From: Heptranchias perlo
Taxonomy: Eukaryota
Assembly (NCBI RefSeq): GCF_035084215.1
Contig: NC_090334.1
Span: 54,808,001 to 54,872,000 of the forward strand
Direction of reading: 5' to 3'
DNA: 64,000 nucleotides
Translations under genes and position numbers: made by a program
Shown: one piece after another, positions 1 through 62,917 of the stretch
Layout: every line of letters starts with the position of its first letter
Numbering within the stretch: position 1 is the stretch's first letter
Notes under the pieces: generated by a model
What the model was told of the DNA's origin: nothing
What the model saw: only the letters and a program-made list of their open reading frames with translations
Database searches by the model: none

Positions 1-360
1 GGGGGGGTAGAGCTGGGTGTCATTAGCATCAATGTGGAAGCTGACCGTGTCTGCAGAGGGTATTGAAAAGCAGCATATAGATGAGTAAGAGGAGGGGACC
101 AAGGATAGAACCTTAGAGGATCTGGAAATGACCGCAGGAGCAGAACGAGAAATCTTTGCTGGAGATGTGCCGCTGGACAGTGAAATAGGATTGCATGGTT
201 GATCATATCAAACACTGCAGAAGCAAAGGAGGAATAATGCATTGGAGTCAGAGGCTGGCTTTTGCTTTCCTCACAGCACAGATTATAGGGATTTGAACAA
301 AAGTTGGAGATAATGCATTTGAGGACCGTGGGAGAGGAAGAGGTTGAAGATGAGGTGTTG
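1..360 (-). mobile_element. Decayed L2-type LINE RT fragment
   Basis: Reverse complement reads GSILGPLLLLIY-like and (Y)ADDTQL-like RT motifs. Confidence 0.55.
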
Positions 361-469
361 GGCTGAGTGGAGGAGTGATGTAAAGGCAGATAATGTAATC
401 TTGGCTATTTTCTACCAAATGAAAGTAGCCTAGTAGCTTTGGTGTAAGTTTATGTACATGAGAGCAGGA

Positions 470-1096
470 AGTTACAAAAGGATATAGTGGGCAGAACTAT
501 GGCAGGGGAAGTAGGTCATCCACTTTTGATTAGCAATAAACAAATCAAAATATTTTCTGAATGGTGAGGCACTGTGGAGGAGCAAAGGGATTTGGTTGTA
601 CATGTATATAAATCACTAAAAGCTAGTGCACAGGTATAAAAAGCAATCGAAAAGGCTAATGGAATGTTGGCCTTTATCTCAAGGGGGTTGGAGTACCAAA
701 GTGAGGAAGTGATGCTTCAGTTGTATAGAGTCATGATCAGACCTGATCTGGAGTACTGTGTTCAGTCTTAGCCACCAAACCTCAGGAAAGATATATTGGC
801 CTTGGAAGGGGTACAGAGCAGATTCACCAGGATGATACAAAGGCTTAAATTATGAGGATAGGTTGCATAAACTTGGTTTGTATTTCCTTGAATTTAGAAG
901 GTTGAGGGGTGAACTAATTAAGGTGTTTAAAATGACAAATTGATTTGATAGGGTAGATGCAGAGAAACTATTTTTTTCCTGATGGTGGATTCGAGAATGA
1001 GGGGGCTCAATCTTAAAATTAGATCTAGGCTATTTGAGTGAAATCAAGAAGCACTTTGTCACACAAAGGGTAGTCAAAATCTGTAACACCTTTCTT

Positions 1097-1129
<33 letters not shown>

Positions 1130-1292
1130 GGCTGTGGATGCTGGATCAATGGAATGTTGAAGACCGATCGATAGATTTTTGTTGGGTAAGGGTATCGGAA
1201 TATGGATCAAAGGCGGGTAACTAGAGTTGAGGTGCAGATCAGACATGATCTAATGGAATGATGGTGCTGATTGGCTTACTCCTGTTCCTATG
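470..1292 (+). mobile_element. CR1 LINE 3' fragment
   Basis: KANGMLAFI / LEYCVQ / RLRG-L motifs and CR1 3' tail ending ctcctgttcctatg. Confidence 0.85.
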
Positions 1293-1323
1293 TGAAGCAT
1301 TGGACTTGCAGCTTGAGCTTTAA

Positions 1324-50981
<49,658 letters not shown>

Positions 50982-51204
50982 ATGGAAATTATTGCCGCTT
51001 TGAAACTGAAAACATAAAATTACATAATTGTTTTGCATGTGCTATTGTTTAGACTGAATAATCTTTTCAAAGTAATGTGATTTTAGAAGAATTCTGTAAA
51101 TGTGACTAGATGGTATGAGGCTGAGGAGAAAATGTCTGAAGGTGACTACTGAGATTCAGCAGAGTTGGAAAATGTATTGATGTTCTACAAGTGGTTTTAC
51201 AGTT

Positions 51205-51210
51205 AATAAA
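51205..51210 (+). terminator. Probable polyadenylation signal of DYNC1H1
   Basis: AATAAA about 225 nt after the stop, followed by T-rich downstream sequence. Confidence 0.65.
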
Positions 51211-52437
51211 AATTATCATGATTAGTCAAATTTTTGAGCCCTTTTATTTTCTAGTGAAATTCCAAAAACATTGGACTTCAAAAGGTACTCAAGGTTATAT
51301 AGTGGGTTAATATGTTCTGGAAAAGTGTGCTTTCTATAGGAAAAATTTAACTGAGATAACTGTTGGAATGCCTAGTGATAGGGTAGCTTCCAGTGCACAT
51401 GCTACTGTGCTGCTTTATGCATTTGTTCCTCCAGTTACTACATTTTATACTCTTTCCTCCCCCAACCCCAGCCAAAAACCAGGAAGGGGGCAGTCATGAT
51501 GCTGCTGATCCCACTACCTGTTTTGTCCCCTCACTGTAATGAACTACTACTTTGCTCTTGATTAAGCTCTCTTCAAAAGCATAAATGTAATATACTGGTA
51601 TGTTATCTAATAGAATGGTCTGTTACACATGACTTGGCTGATGCACTGCTTTGGTAGGAATGGTCTGTGGATCTGAAAAACATTATTTGGACCAGTATGG
51701 TGGTAGATTGTTGATTCTATCCCACTCCTTGAAGGTATCTGGGTTTGGGGATTAAAGGCGCAGAATGGAAATAGAAGACCTTATTGTGACAAGGGTAATA
51801 CAGTTGTGTGCCTTACTGTGACAAGGTGATAGTTGTGCACTAAAGTAATAGTGCTGTGTTCTCAATCTAACCTAACAAGTTGGCCTAGTATGTGTCCCAT
51901 CTGTCATAATCATAGTGACCACCTCCAAGTAAGGCCCACTTGTGGGGTGACCTGTGGTCTGGCAACAGGAAAGTACACATTTCTGTATCAGTTTCCCTTT
52001 TTATTGTAACTTGTAGACCTCTGTATTGCTTACTGGTAGACGAATAATACTTTACTGAGTGGTTAATGCTGCAGGAGCCAAGGAAGAAAACTAGCAGATT
52101 TGCATGCCCCTGATGCCAAATGGTCCCTGGAGAGGGTCTTGCACCATTTGGCTTCAGTGTACTCTAGTCAGATGAGGTATGACTGTACAGGTATGCTGCT
52201 ACTTTTGAATTGATGTACACCTGAAACTGCTTTGCATAATGTGACAGTTGCTAAGTGAAGCCTTATTTATTTTCCCACTCTGTTCCTTAATGCTATCCTT
52301 TCTTGTTTTGCTGTTTTTTTAAAAAAAATGTATATAGCCTATGAGGCTTTATATTCTTGATGCACTTCAGTGCAACAGTAACGTCAAAGAATTGTCATTG
52401 TCTGCAGTTCATGTTTTTATTGTAACTACTGAAGGTC

Positions 52438-54066
52438 ACATAGCACAAGTATCCCCACCATCACGGAAGCCAGTCTTCGGCCAATTCGATTCACTCCACG
52501 TGATATCAAGAAACGGCTGAGTGCACTGGATACAGCAAAGGCTATGGGCCCCGACAACATCCCAGCTGTAGTGCTGAAGTCTTGTGCTGAAGTCTTGTGC
52601 TCCAGAACTAGCTGCGCCTCTAGCCAAGCTGTTCCAGTACAGCTACAATACTGGCATCTACCAGACAATGTGGAAAATTGCCCAGGTATGTCCTGTCCAC
52701 AAAAAGCAGGACAAATCCAATCCGGCCAATTACCGCCCCATCAGTCTACACTCAATCATCAGCAAAGTGATGGAAGGTGTCAACGACAGTGCTATCAAGC
52801 AGCACTTACATGCTCACCGATGCTCAGTTTGGGTTCTACCAGGACCACTTGGCTCCAGACCTCATTACAGCCTTGGTCCAAACATGGACAAAAGAGCTGA
52901 ATTCCAGAGGTGAGGTGAGAGTGACTGCCCTTGACATCAAGGTAGCATTTGACCAAGTGTGGCACCAAGGAGCCCTAGTAAAATTGAAGTCAATGGGAAT
53001 CAGGGGAAAAACTCTCCAGTGGCTGGAGTCATACCTAGCACAAAGGAAGATGGTAGTGGTTGTTGGAGGCCAATCATCTCAGCCCCAGGGCATTGCTGCA
53101 GGAGTTCCTCAGGGCAGTGTCCTAGGCCCAACCATCTTCAGCTGCTTCATCAATGACCTTCCCTCCATCATAAGGTCAGAAATGGGGATGTTCAGTTCCA
53201 TTCGCAACCCCTCAAATAATGAAGCAGTCCGAGCCCACATGCAGCAAGACCGGGACAACATCCAGGCTTGGGCTCAAGTGGCAAGTAACATTTGTGCCAG
53301 ATAAGTGCCAGGCAATGACCATCTCCAACAAGAGTCTAACCACCTCCCCTTGACATTCAACGGCATTACTATCACCAAATCCCCCACCATCAACATCCTG
53401 GGGGTCACCATTGACCAGAAACTTAACTGGACCAGCCATATAAATACTGTGGCTACAAGAGCAGGTCAGAGGTTGGGTATTCTGTGGCGAGTGACTCACC
53501 TCCTGACTCCCCAAAGCCTTTCCACCATCTACAAGGCACAAGTCAGGAGTGTGATGGAATACTCTCCACTTGCCTGGATGAGTGCAGCTCCAACAACACA
53601 AGAGGCTCTACACCATCCAAGATAAAGCAGCCTGCTTGATTGGCACCCCATCCACCACCCTGAACATTCACTCCCTTCATCACCGGCACACTGTGGCTGC
53701 AGTGTGCACTATCCACAGGATGCACTGCAGCAACTCGCCAAGGCTTCTTCGACAGCACCTCCCAAACCCGCGACCTCTACCACCTAGAAGGACAAGAGCA
53801 GCAGGCACATGGGAACAACACCACCTGCACGTTCCCCTCCAAGTCACACACCATCCCGACTTGGAAATATATCGCTGTTCCTTCATTGTTGCTGGTTCAA
53901 AATCCTGGAACTCCCTTCCTAACAGCACTGTGGGAGAACCGTCACCACACAGACTGCAGTGGTTCAAGAAGGCGGCTCACCACCACCTTCTCAAGGGCAA
54001 TTAGGGATGGGCAATAAATGCTGGCCTCGCCAGCGACGCCCACATCCCGTGAACGAATATAAAAAA
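52438..54066 (+). mobile_element. 5'-truncated non-LTR retrotransposon (CR1/L2 group) RT and 3' end
   Basis: GPDNIP, NYRPISL, ALDIKVAFD, GVPQGSVLGP, IYKAQVRSVMEYS; tail gggcaataaatgctggcc..cccacatcccgtgaacgaat + A run. Confidence 0.92.
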
Positions 54067-54976
54067 GTTAGAAGAGTCAACTGAGCTTGAAACAAGCAAT
54101 GAGCACAAGTAGTTAATATCAACTATTCATGTAAAGATAGCTAAAGTATAATTCATGACTTCAGACTTAAAAACTAAGTTCTCATGTACTTATTCAAGAA
54201 TACTAATAGGCACTACTCCTCGTCTATCATTGAAGGAGCTACTGAGTTGTTAGCCTGTTTTCAATCTACTGCTATCATAGTACCCATTATTAGAAAGGTC
54301 AACAAAACTGATTCAGACAACTACAGCTTTTAGTATTCAATGCAGTCTAAAATAATGGAACCTGCTATTGAAAGAAAGATCTTGCCCTATAGTGCCTTTC
54401 ATGACCTCAAGATGTCCCAAAGTGCTTTACAGCAGATGTACTTTTGAAGTGTAGCCACAATTGTAATGTAGGCAATTTGCATCCAGAAAAGGTCCCACGA
54501 ACAATGGGAACGACCAGATAATATTTAATGTTGGTTATGGGATAAATATTGGCCAGAGCACCACAGGATCTTTCACATCCACCTGAGAGCACACAAGGCT
54601 TCAGTTTAATAGCACACCTGCAAAACAGCACCTTCAACAATGCAGCACTCCTTCCATAATGCACAATTGTCAGCCTAGATTGTGTTCACATCTCATGGGC
54701 TCCATATTAGGAGGGCTGCGGGTTCACGGTGGGGGGGGGGGGGGGGGGGGGAGGGGAGGGGTGACTGGGCAACGCGCCTGGTAAAATCAGTCTGCCCTGC
54801 GTGCGATCGCAGCCTAATTGGATCCACTTACCTGGTCTTCCGGGTTCCCTGCTGCTGAGCTGCACGGCGGGCGGGCGGACTGTGCATATGCAGTAAGGTC
54901 TGTCAGCTGGAGGAGCTCTATTTAAAGGGGAAGTCTTCCACTGACAGATGCTGCAACAAATAGAAAAAATTACAGC

Positions 54977-55225
54977 ATGGAGCAGCCCAGGGGGAAGGCT
55001 GATCCCAGTTTAATGTTCCTCCAGGTATCATTAGATGGAGTGAGGAGGAGGACAGAGATCTCTTTCTCCCCCCCCCCCCCCAAAGCGGGTGGGAGGAAGC
55101 AGCCTGCCTCTGCCACCAGGAAGGCCTGGCTCGAGGTGGCAGAGGAGGTCACCTGCACCACCAACATATCGCCCATCTGCATACAGGGCAGGAGGTGCTG
55201 CAATGACCTTCGGAGGTCAGCCAAA
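54977..55225 (+). pseudogene. Harbinger Myb/SANT-like DNA-binding gene, first exon
   Basis: MEQPRGKA..VRRR..F..RKAWLEVAEEV..Q.RR..NDLRRSAK then AAA|gtgagt donor; TATA-like ctatttaaagg at about 54918. Confidence 0.7.
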
Positions 55226-55759
55226 GTGAGTACTTACTCATTCCCCTACACTCTGTCTGCCACATCACCACCCCACATCTCCTGCACTGCCAACACTACT
55301 CTGTCACATCACCCCTCACACCCACTCAAACCTCATCCTCATCTTACCTGCACTTACTCATCTTGCCAGTACTCAGCCTGCCACTACCACTCAACCCAAT
55401 CCTCATACAATCTCATGGCTCTATCTCATAATCACCCTCTCATGCATCTCTTTCACAGTCAGCCTCACTCAACCTGCCACTACCTGTGCTGCAGCCACAG
55501 GGCATGCATTACATAGGTGCAGTAGGAAGCGTAAGGTGAACGTGTTGTGAGCATGAAGGGGATGCACAAGGGTGTGTCATGGTTTTTACTTCTATTTAAT
55601 TTCTGACCAACTCACATCATATATTATATTGGCACCACTACTGCCACGTCTTTGCGAATCTTGTCTGGTTTGTGCAATAATTCCCTTTCCTGAGGATCAC
55701 AATGAAGACCCACAACTGATGCCACCCATTGTGTCACTGCAGAGTGTATTTGCAGGGCT

Positions 55760-56180
55760 CTTTTGTGCAGACAACTGAGAGACATCGGCAATATCCCCAG
55801 TGGCACCCTGGAAGGATGCAGAGGAGAAGTTGTTGAGGGCCATGATGACTTTGACAGCAACAGGTAAGAAGATGGTGCTCGGAGCAGGCGGGAGTAGCTC
55901 GGCATGAAGGAGGCTGCAGATGTCCATGACTACATGTTGAGTGACTCTCAGCCTCCCTGTGCACTGGTGCTCAGAGGTCCAGGAAGCTGAGCCTCAGTCT
56001 GTGGACCCTGTGGCGAGGGTAGTGCCCCCTGCGACGCATCTCTCTCTCTGGTTGCCCTCCCTCCTGCTGTGCAGGTGGATGTGTCACAGCACTGTGTTGT
56101 GGAGCTCCACATGTCAGAGGTGGACGGCGAAGCTGTTCGCCCTCCGAGGAGGTCATGACTGCAGTTACGGCAGCCCCCAT
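55760..56180 (-). pseudogene. Harbinger (HARBI1-like) transposase N-terminal fragment, frameshifted, no DDE domain
   Basis: YPRHRV..LSFLDL / QC..RLR..DICSLLHAEL..LPVAVKVIMALN.F.S.SFQGATGDI..VSQ. Confidence 0.75.
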
Positions 56181-56749
56181 CTGGAAAATGTGCATCTGAG
56201 GGGGTCCGCAAGGTAGGTACATGTCTCTGGACCCCGTGGTAAGTGTGCAAGTTGGTGAATTTGATTGTCAGGAGGAGGGTGGTGGAGGCCAAATTTTGTC
56301 CCAAGTGACAGAGTGGCCTCCTGCAATGAGTGAGGGTCTTTCTCCTCTCTTCCCCCCCCCCCCCCCACCCCCAACTGTCAAATCAACTGGGAGTGTTTCC
56401 CCCCCGTATGGGAAACAGTCCCAGTTGTTTCTAAGTTCCCACCCCTCCTGACATATTCCCTTAATCAGGTCTGTTAATGACCTGAAATAGCAAGATAAAT
56501 AGAGAAGTACCACCCCATTGGCTTTAATTGCCTGTAGGAGTCCTACCTGTGGGAGAAGCTGGGCTCCCCGAATCTCAGCCCCCCCCGCCACAAATTCACC
56601 CAATAACAGGTGCTAAAATGGAGCCCCATGTATGGAACTTAAACCCACAACCTTCTGACTCAGGCAAGTGTTATCACTCAACCTAGGCTCACTATAATAA
56701 CTTAAAAGTGCATTCTAGCCAATCACCTTGCTTTTCTTTGACTAACAAC

Positions 56750-57530
56750 CCAAGTGGACTCTGGAAAGCCCTACAATGTGGTGTACTTAGACTTCCAACA
56801 GACATTTGACAATTTAATACAAAAAGCTATTAATTAAGCACAATGATTAAGATTCAGGGTAAATGTTATGAATATATTAAATTGGCTGAAAGGTAGACAA
56901 TAGGAACTTCTTGGGCGTTATGTCAGAGTGTTGAGTGGGTGCCCTAGGGTATTAGGACCACTACTGTTTTTCATTTATATTAGTGGCTTGGATTCAAACT
57001 AAGAGGGGCAGTGGAGTCTGTGAAGGCAGCTCAAATTATAAAGTGAGTCAGATAATGTGAGTGGGCAGAATAATGGCAAATAAAAATGTGTGCAAATTAC
57101 TAGATATAGGAAGGAAAATGAATTACACATATACATGAAGAGTGATGAAGGAAGGAAAATGAATTACACATATACATGAAGAGTGATGAAGCTGAAAAAT
57201 CTAGAAGTCTTATTTTTGATGCTCAACATGTCCAACCAATACAGAGCAGTAATCACTGAAGCCACTAGAAGGGTGAACTAGACTAAAGAGGACATCATGC
57301 TCAAATTATATAGTGCTCCAAGACTACACCGAGTACTGCATCCAATTCTGTTCACCGTGACCCAAGGCTGATGCTTTGTGTTACAGATGAGTTAAGACAT
57401 TCTGGAGAAACTTGTTTCTTGAAAAGGTGGTGTCTCACATAAGTTAAATGTGGGAAATTACAGCGAGGACAAGGGACAAGTTCAAAAGTAAAAGGCATTT
57501 TAGAACTGATATCAGGAAGTCATTCTTCAG
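56750..57530 (+). mobile_element. Old CR1 ORF2 fragment with a perfect 41-bp tandem duplication (57108-57189)
   Basis: VYLDFQ-.FD, SG.P.VLGPLLF.IYI, EYCIQF remnants. Confidence 0.65.
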
Positions 57531-58039
57531 TGAACAATACTTTTTCCCCATTCACCCTAGTGGCTGTGCCACTTCCCAGTATGGTTTGAGTACAATACAT
57601 AATCAGCATCCATAGAGGTCAGATGCAGACCCTTTGTCCAAACTGATGATGGATCAGTCAGAAGCTGTGGAGAGAACAGCTAAGTCAAGTGTAGACCCAA
57701 GTCTTTCTGGCATTTTCCCTATGATTTTTTTTTGCAGCTGTGACATTGTGACTGAGGTGGCAGAAAGAACTCTTGAACCTTGCTGTATACAAACACCCCA
57801 CCACTATCATTGTCCATGGAGATTATTTTGACTATCAAATATTGCCCTTTTCTGACATCTTCATTGGAGATTACATACTTCTCCCCTTCCCCTTACAGAA
57901 AAGAGCTATGGAAAAGGCAGTTTAGGCTGCTTTTTCATACCTTGGGTGGTTTCATGGCTGAACTGAAAATGTACACATCTTAAATATCATTGCTCTGATC
58001 AAGGAAACAAGCATCTAGGGTTATCCTCACCTATCAAAT

Positions 58040-58150
58040 TAGCTGCCGCATTTCCTACAATAGTGACTACATTTCAAAAACAGTACTTCGTTGGCTGTAA
58101 AGCACTTTGGTCGTCCTGAGGTTGTGAAAGGCGATATATAAATGCAAGCT
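58040..58150 (+). mobile_element. Deu-SINE / L2-derived 3' tail
   Basis: gtacttcgttggctgtaaagcactttgg..gtgaaaggcg-tatataaatgcaag. Confidence 0.65.
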
Positions 58151-59235
58151 CTCTATGTAAAGGGTATATCTTAAAAGACAATGCCATTATTAGCTGTTGA
58201 CAGTTACCAGAAATTATGCATAAAGTAATAAATTTCAAATGCCTAAATCCCAGCAGAATTACTATTTTTTTTCTTTCTAGTCATTGGCCAATGAATGAAA
58301 GTGCTTATCAAGCACTTGACCCAATTCCTCAAACTGGTAAGGTAGCCAGTCATTAAGGTACTTGTTAATTTTATAGCACACAAAGCTAAAATTTACCTTT
58401 TTGCTTTTAAAAGGAGAAGGAATGTTATGGAGAGTACTCTTGGTTCAAAGTATTTCTGTAAACTTTCACAGCAATTATGCCTTTGACATGCTCTGACTAT
58501 TGGATGTGACTAAAGACCATCTCCAGGCCCATCACTTAAATCAAAACAAAGAGGAATTGACTAAAGCAAAACAAGCCTTCGCTTTTAAACTTTTCAAACT
58601 TCTATGCAAACTAAATGGTTAATTATAGCAAATCTTTTATTGAAAGTTGTGAAGAATGTATAACTGCAATCACATTCTTGTCCTCAAGGTTTCTTCTAGC
58701 CCAATGAATACATACATTCAATGGCTCACTTGATCCTCTTCACCCCTAAAAAAAGAGTGTAGGAGTGGTATAGAATATTTTCTCAACTGAATTTAGCCAC
58801 AGCTCAGACTATAGTAAAGAATTTCTCGTTCTTCCCAACTTGGACTTCTAACTTTGATATGGGTCAGAACTATTTAGGACCTAATGCAACACCTACAAGC
58901 AAACTGGCCTACTATTCAACCAGGAGCACTAAAGGACTCACATGGTTTTGCCTCCTTTTGCTAGACCATTACAGTGAAAGGCTTTTGTTTTTAAAAGATA
59001 GCTTTAAGTTCTGATTACCATTCACTGATTATTTTGTTAGAACCACTCAAGACTGATAAGGGTTCTATCCAAACCATTACTCATACTTCCTAACCCACTA
59101 TATTGCTGATTTATTACTAAGTTCATACCAACATTGAGTAGTACTGTGTTAAGAAAAAGCTCTTTCTTGGTTCAAACATTAACATTCATTATACTGAAGT
59201 ACACAAGCAGCACATCAGCCTCTTTCATCAGGGAT

Positions 59236-60595
59236 ACATAGAAAACAGGAGCAAGAGTAAGCCATTCGGCCCTTTGGGCCTGCTCCGCCATTCAAAATGA
59301 TCATGGCTGATCGTCTAACTCAGTACCCTATTCCCACTTTTTCCCCATATCCCTTGAGCATTAAGAAATATATCTATCTCCTCCTTGAATACATCTAATA
59401 ACTTGGCCTCCTCTGCCTTCTGTGGTAGAGAATTCCACAGGTTCACCACCCCGAGTGAAGAAATTTCTCCTCATCTCTGTTCTAAATGGCATACCCTGTA
59501 TTCTGAGACTGTGACCCCTGGTTCTGGACTCCCCAGCCATTGGGTACATCCTGCATCTAGTCTGTCTAGTCCTGTTAGAATTTTATATGTTTCGATGAGA
59601 TCACCTCTCATTCTTCTAAACTCTAGTGAATTATAGGCCTAGTCGACCCAATCTCTCCTCATATGTCAGTCCTGCCATCCCAGGAATCAGTCTGGTAAAC
59701 CTTTGATGCACTCCCTCTATGGCAAGGACATCCTTCCTTAGATAAGACGACCAAAACTGCACAATACTCCAGATGTGGTCTCACCAAGGCCCTGTACAAC
59801 TGCAGTAAGAAATCCCTGCTCCTGTACTCAAATCCTCTTGCAATGAACGCCAACATACCATTTGCCTTCCTAACTGCTTGCTGCACCTGAATGCTCGCTT
59901 TCAGCAATTGGTATAAAGGATACCCAGGTCTCGTTGCACCTCCCCTTTTCCCAATCTATCACCAGATAATAATCTGCCTTTCTGTTTTTACAACCAAAGT
60001 GGATAACCTCACATTTATCCACATTATACTGCATCTGCCATGTTCTTGCCCACTCACCCAGCTTGCCTAAATCACAGTGGAGCCTCTTTGCATTCTCCTC
60101 ACAGCTCACATTCCGCCCCAGCTTTGTGTCATCTGCAAACTTGGAAATGTTACACTTAGTTCCCTCATCCAAATCATTGATATATATTGTGAATAGCTGG
60201 GGGCCAAGCACTGATGCCTGCGGTACCCCACTAGTCACTGCCTACCACCCTGAAAAGACCCATTTATTCCTACTCTGTTTCCTGTCTGTCAACCAATTCT
60301 CAATCCATGCCAGTATATTCCCCCCCCAATCCCCTGTGCTTTAATTTTACACACTAACCTCTTGTGTGGGACCTTATCAAAAGCCTTCTGAAAATCCAAA
60401 TACACCACATCCACTGGTTCTCCCCTATCTATTCTAATAGTTAAAAACTCCAGTGGATGTGTTAAGTGGATTTGATTTCCCTTTCATAAACCCATGCTGA
60501 CTTTGTCCAATCCCGTTAATGCCTTCCAAGTGTTCTGTTATCACATCTTTTATAATAGACTCTAGCATTTTCCCCACTACTGCTGTTAGGCTAAC
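59236..60595 (-). mobile_element. CR1 RT and 3' end (minus)
   Basis: SGVPQASVLGP, KFADDTKL, LVRPHLEYC in ORFs 59870-60238 and 59659-59907. Confidence 0.93.
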
Positions 60596-61189
60596 ACACA
60601 TTACCTTGCAGGAGGTGCCAGTTTTCAGGTTATTTTATAGTTCCAAAATGAAATCAAACAAAATTTGAACAAGCTATAATTCTATTTTGTGGTTTCTTTC
60701 TACTAAATAGAATCAAAGCAGCATATCAAGCTCATTAGTGGACAATTATTGTACTAAACCTTCAGAGCACTCTTTCTCTCCCCCCACCCCCCCTCCCCAC
60801 CCTTCAAATATAATTTACAAACATCTACAGGTTTTCCCTCCTTTGTATGGCCTTTAATGCCCTGTTTCAAGAAACTCTGAAGTAGATGTCAACAAAAAGG
60901 TTCTCCTTAAAGTGAAAGGGGTATGCTTTAGCGACAATGATACACATGGGCTCAGCAATAAAAAAAACAGGTTTCTCTTCTTCCCCAGTAATAAAGTCTG
61001 TTGAGCACTAAAACATTGAGACTAGAGGGATGGGGAGAAAAACAAAACACACCCAGATCTATTAAATTAGTAGATCCTACATAGCAATGGCATACCCCAA
61101 GGAATGACAATGCTGGCTGAATCAAAATAGTAGCCATAGAGGATTCCTGTAAACAGTTTTAGCCTGGGCACTCTTACCTAATGTCCTTC

Positions 61190-61500
61190 AGGGACGGGAA
61201 CCTGCCACCTCTGCCTGGTCTAGCCTATGCATGACTGCAATCTCACCACATGGTTGACTCTTAATACCCTCTGAAATGGCCTAGAAGTCATGCAATTTGT
61301 AAAAACAAACTATAGAGTGAATCGTAGAATGATACAACGCAGGAGGCTGCCATTCGGCTCATCGTGCATGTGCCAGGTTAATTGATACCATTGTTAATCG
61401 AGGCTGCTTCAGTTTTAGCCACACCTCCCTCTCAGTACAATTAACAATGGGCAATAAGTGCAGCCTTGCCAGCATTGCCCACATTCAGAGAGCAAATAAA
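61190..61500 (+). mobile_element. Decayed retroposon sharing the 3' tail of the 52438-54066 LINE
   Basis: atgggcaataa-tgc-gccttgccagc---gcccacat matches 54008-54047. Confidence 0.55.
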
Positions 61501-62293
61501 CTCATCCATTAGGATAGCACGACATTGTCCAAACCTTTTTTCTTAATATTTTAAAGTATGCCAAAAATAGTGGTCTAAAATGAATAGACCTGCTCAGAAT
61601 TTTTTAAACTGAGTTTTTACTGTCAAGAAGCAGCTTTCATCTTCATGGAACAAGGACTTCAACCAAGGTATTAATCTCAAAACCACAAATTTGGTGTTTC
61701 TTTCACAAACTAAATGCACTATTGGGTTTAGTACTAAGTTACACAGAGCAGAAGGTTCCAAGTTTGATCCTTGGTCTGTACTGAGTTATCTAAAGTTACA
61801 GCAATTGGCCCCAGCACCCCATACTACAAAGGAATGTCTTGTGCCCAGACTGCCTCCCCAAATAGTCCACTAGCCTGCCGAAACTCACTGGGCACACAAG
61901 ACTGGCAACTTGGGAGAGAGACTGGAAGGTTGGCAGCACCCACAGACCTTTACCCCAGCAAAAATGGCAACTGCCAGGAAAGAAAAAAAGTTTAGAAAAG
62001 AACACATTACTCTATACAAAACTTATTCTTTGCTTGGGCTGTGGAAGTATTATTGTGGCTGAGTGAAGGGAGCCTTACTCAATCTCCACGACTATACCTG
62101 AACTAAGAGTTATTGACGCTGGCGCTGGGTGCCTGAAATGGGAAAGAGAATTCCATTGCCCAACAACATCTTGATGAGCACGCAAATTTTAAATAAAAGA
62201 TAGTCATATTAGTTAATATACACTTTAGGTAATGCTACAGTTCAAAGAAATACATAGATTCTAACCAGACCATTTCACTACAAAATTGCTTAC

Positions 62294-62917
62294 CTCTGTT
62301 TTTATCATACGGCTTTTCTTTTTACTCATCCGGTCATTGCCTGCATCAATAATAGGATTGCCAAGCTTTCTCTTTGATGTTAACTTTTCTTCAAGAAAAC
62401 TTTCATGAGAAGCCTTTAAGATTCGTCCTGAGCCTAGATGGACATTTTGGTGTCTGGGGTTACGTTTCCCAGGGGTTTTCAGAGCAAGCATGCTTATAAA
62501 TCCATGTTCTCCTCCAATGTCCGAGTTTATAGGAGAAGACTCAGTCAGTACCCTCGAATCTAACGATGACCCAAACTCCTTCTGCCTGGTATCTGGCACA
62601 AATCGATTTGTTGCAAATGTCAGTTCATGTACTCTGTTGGATAGCACTTCAGATTCACTGGAAGATTGTAGAAGCACATCAGCAGTAGGCACAGGTTCTA
62701 TTTGTATGGAGTTTAATTCTGTATAACTGCACACAGGCTCAAAAGTCGCCAGCAAGGATCGTTTATATGGTTTCATTGGCAACTTCTTTCCATCAATTGC
62801 TACAATAGTATGGGACTGATACTTTATCTTTTCAGTGTAGGCCTCTTGCAGATAACTTCTACTACTGTCCGATTCACTCGATGTACTTTCCAAGTCTCCA
62901 TCATATGGATCCAAATA
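62294..62917 (-). CDS. Large exon of an unidentified convergent gene (YLDPYDGDLES...SKKKSRMIKTE)
   Basis: 208 open codons between cttag| and GAG|gtaagc in AT-rich DNA with no recognisable repeat; Ser-rich with basic NLS-like end (KRK..KKKSR). Confidence 0.6.

Larger units (their letters stand above)
54697..56626. mobile_element. Internally deleted PIF/Harbinger DNA transposon with convergent Myb and transposase genes
   Basis: TIRs gggctccatattagga / tgctaaaatggagccc (14/16); CAT direct repeat on both flanks. Confidence 0.85.
54372..56690 (-). mobile_element. Deu-domain tRNA-SINE (minus) split into 54372-54696 and 56627-56690 by a Harbinger element
   Basis: Reverse complement of the SINE at 43590; body ends at 54696 and head resumes (aacccacaaccttctgactca) after 56627. 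Confidence 0.7.

Noticed and set aside
55226-55516. His/Ser/Pro-rich C-terminal half of ORF 54977-55516
   Set aside because: Read-through past a strong GTGAGT donor into CA-rich intron-like sequence of the Harbinger element.
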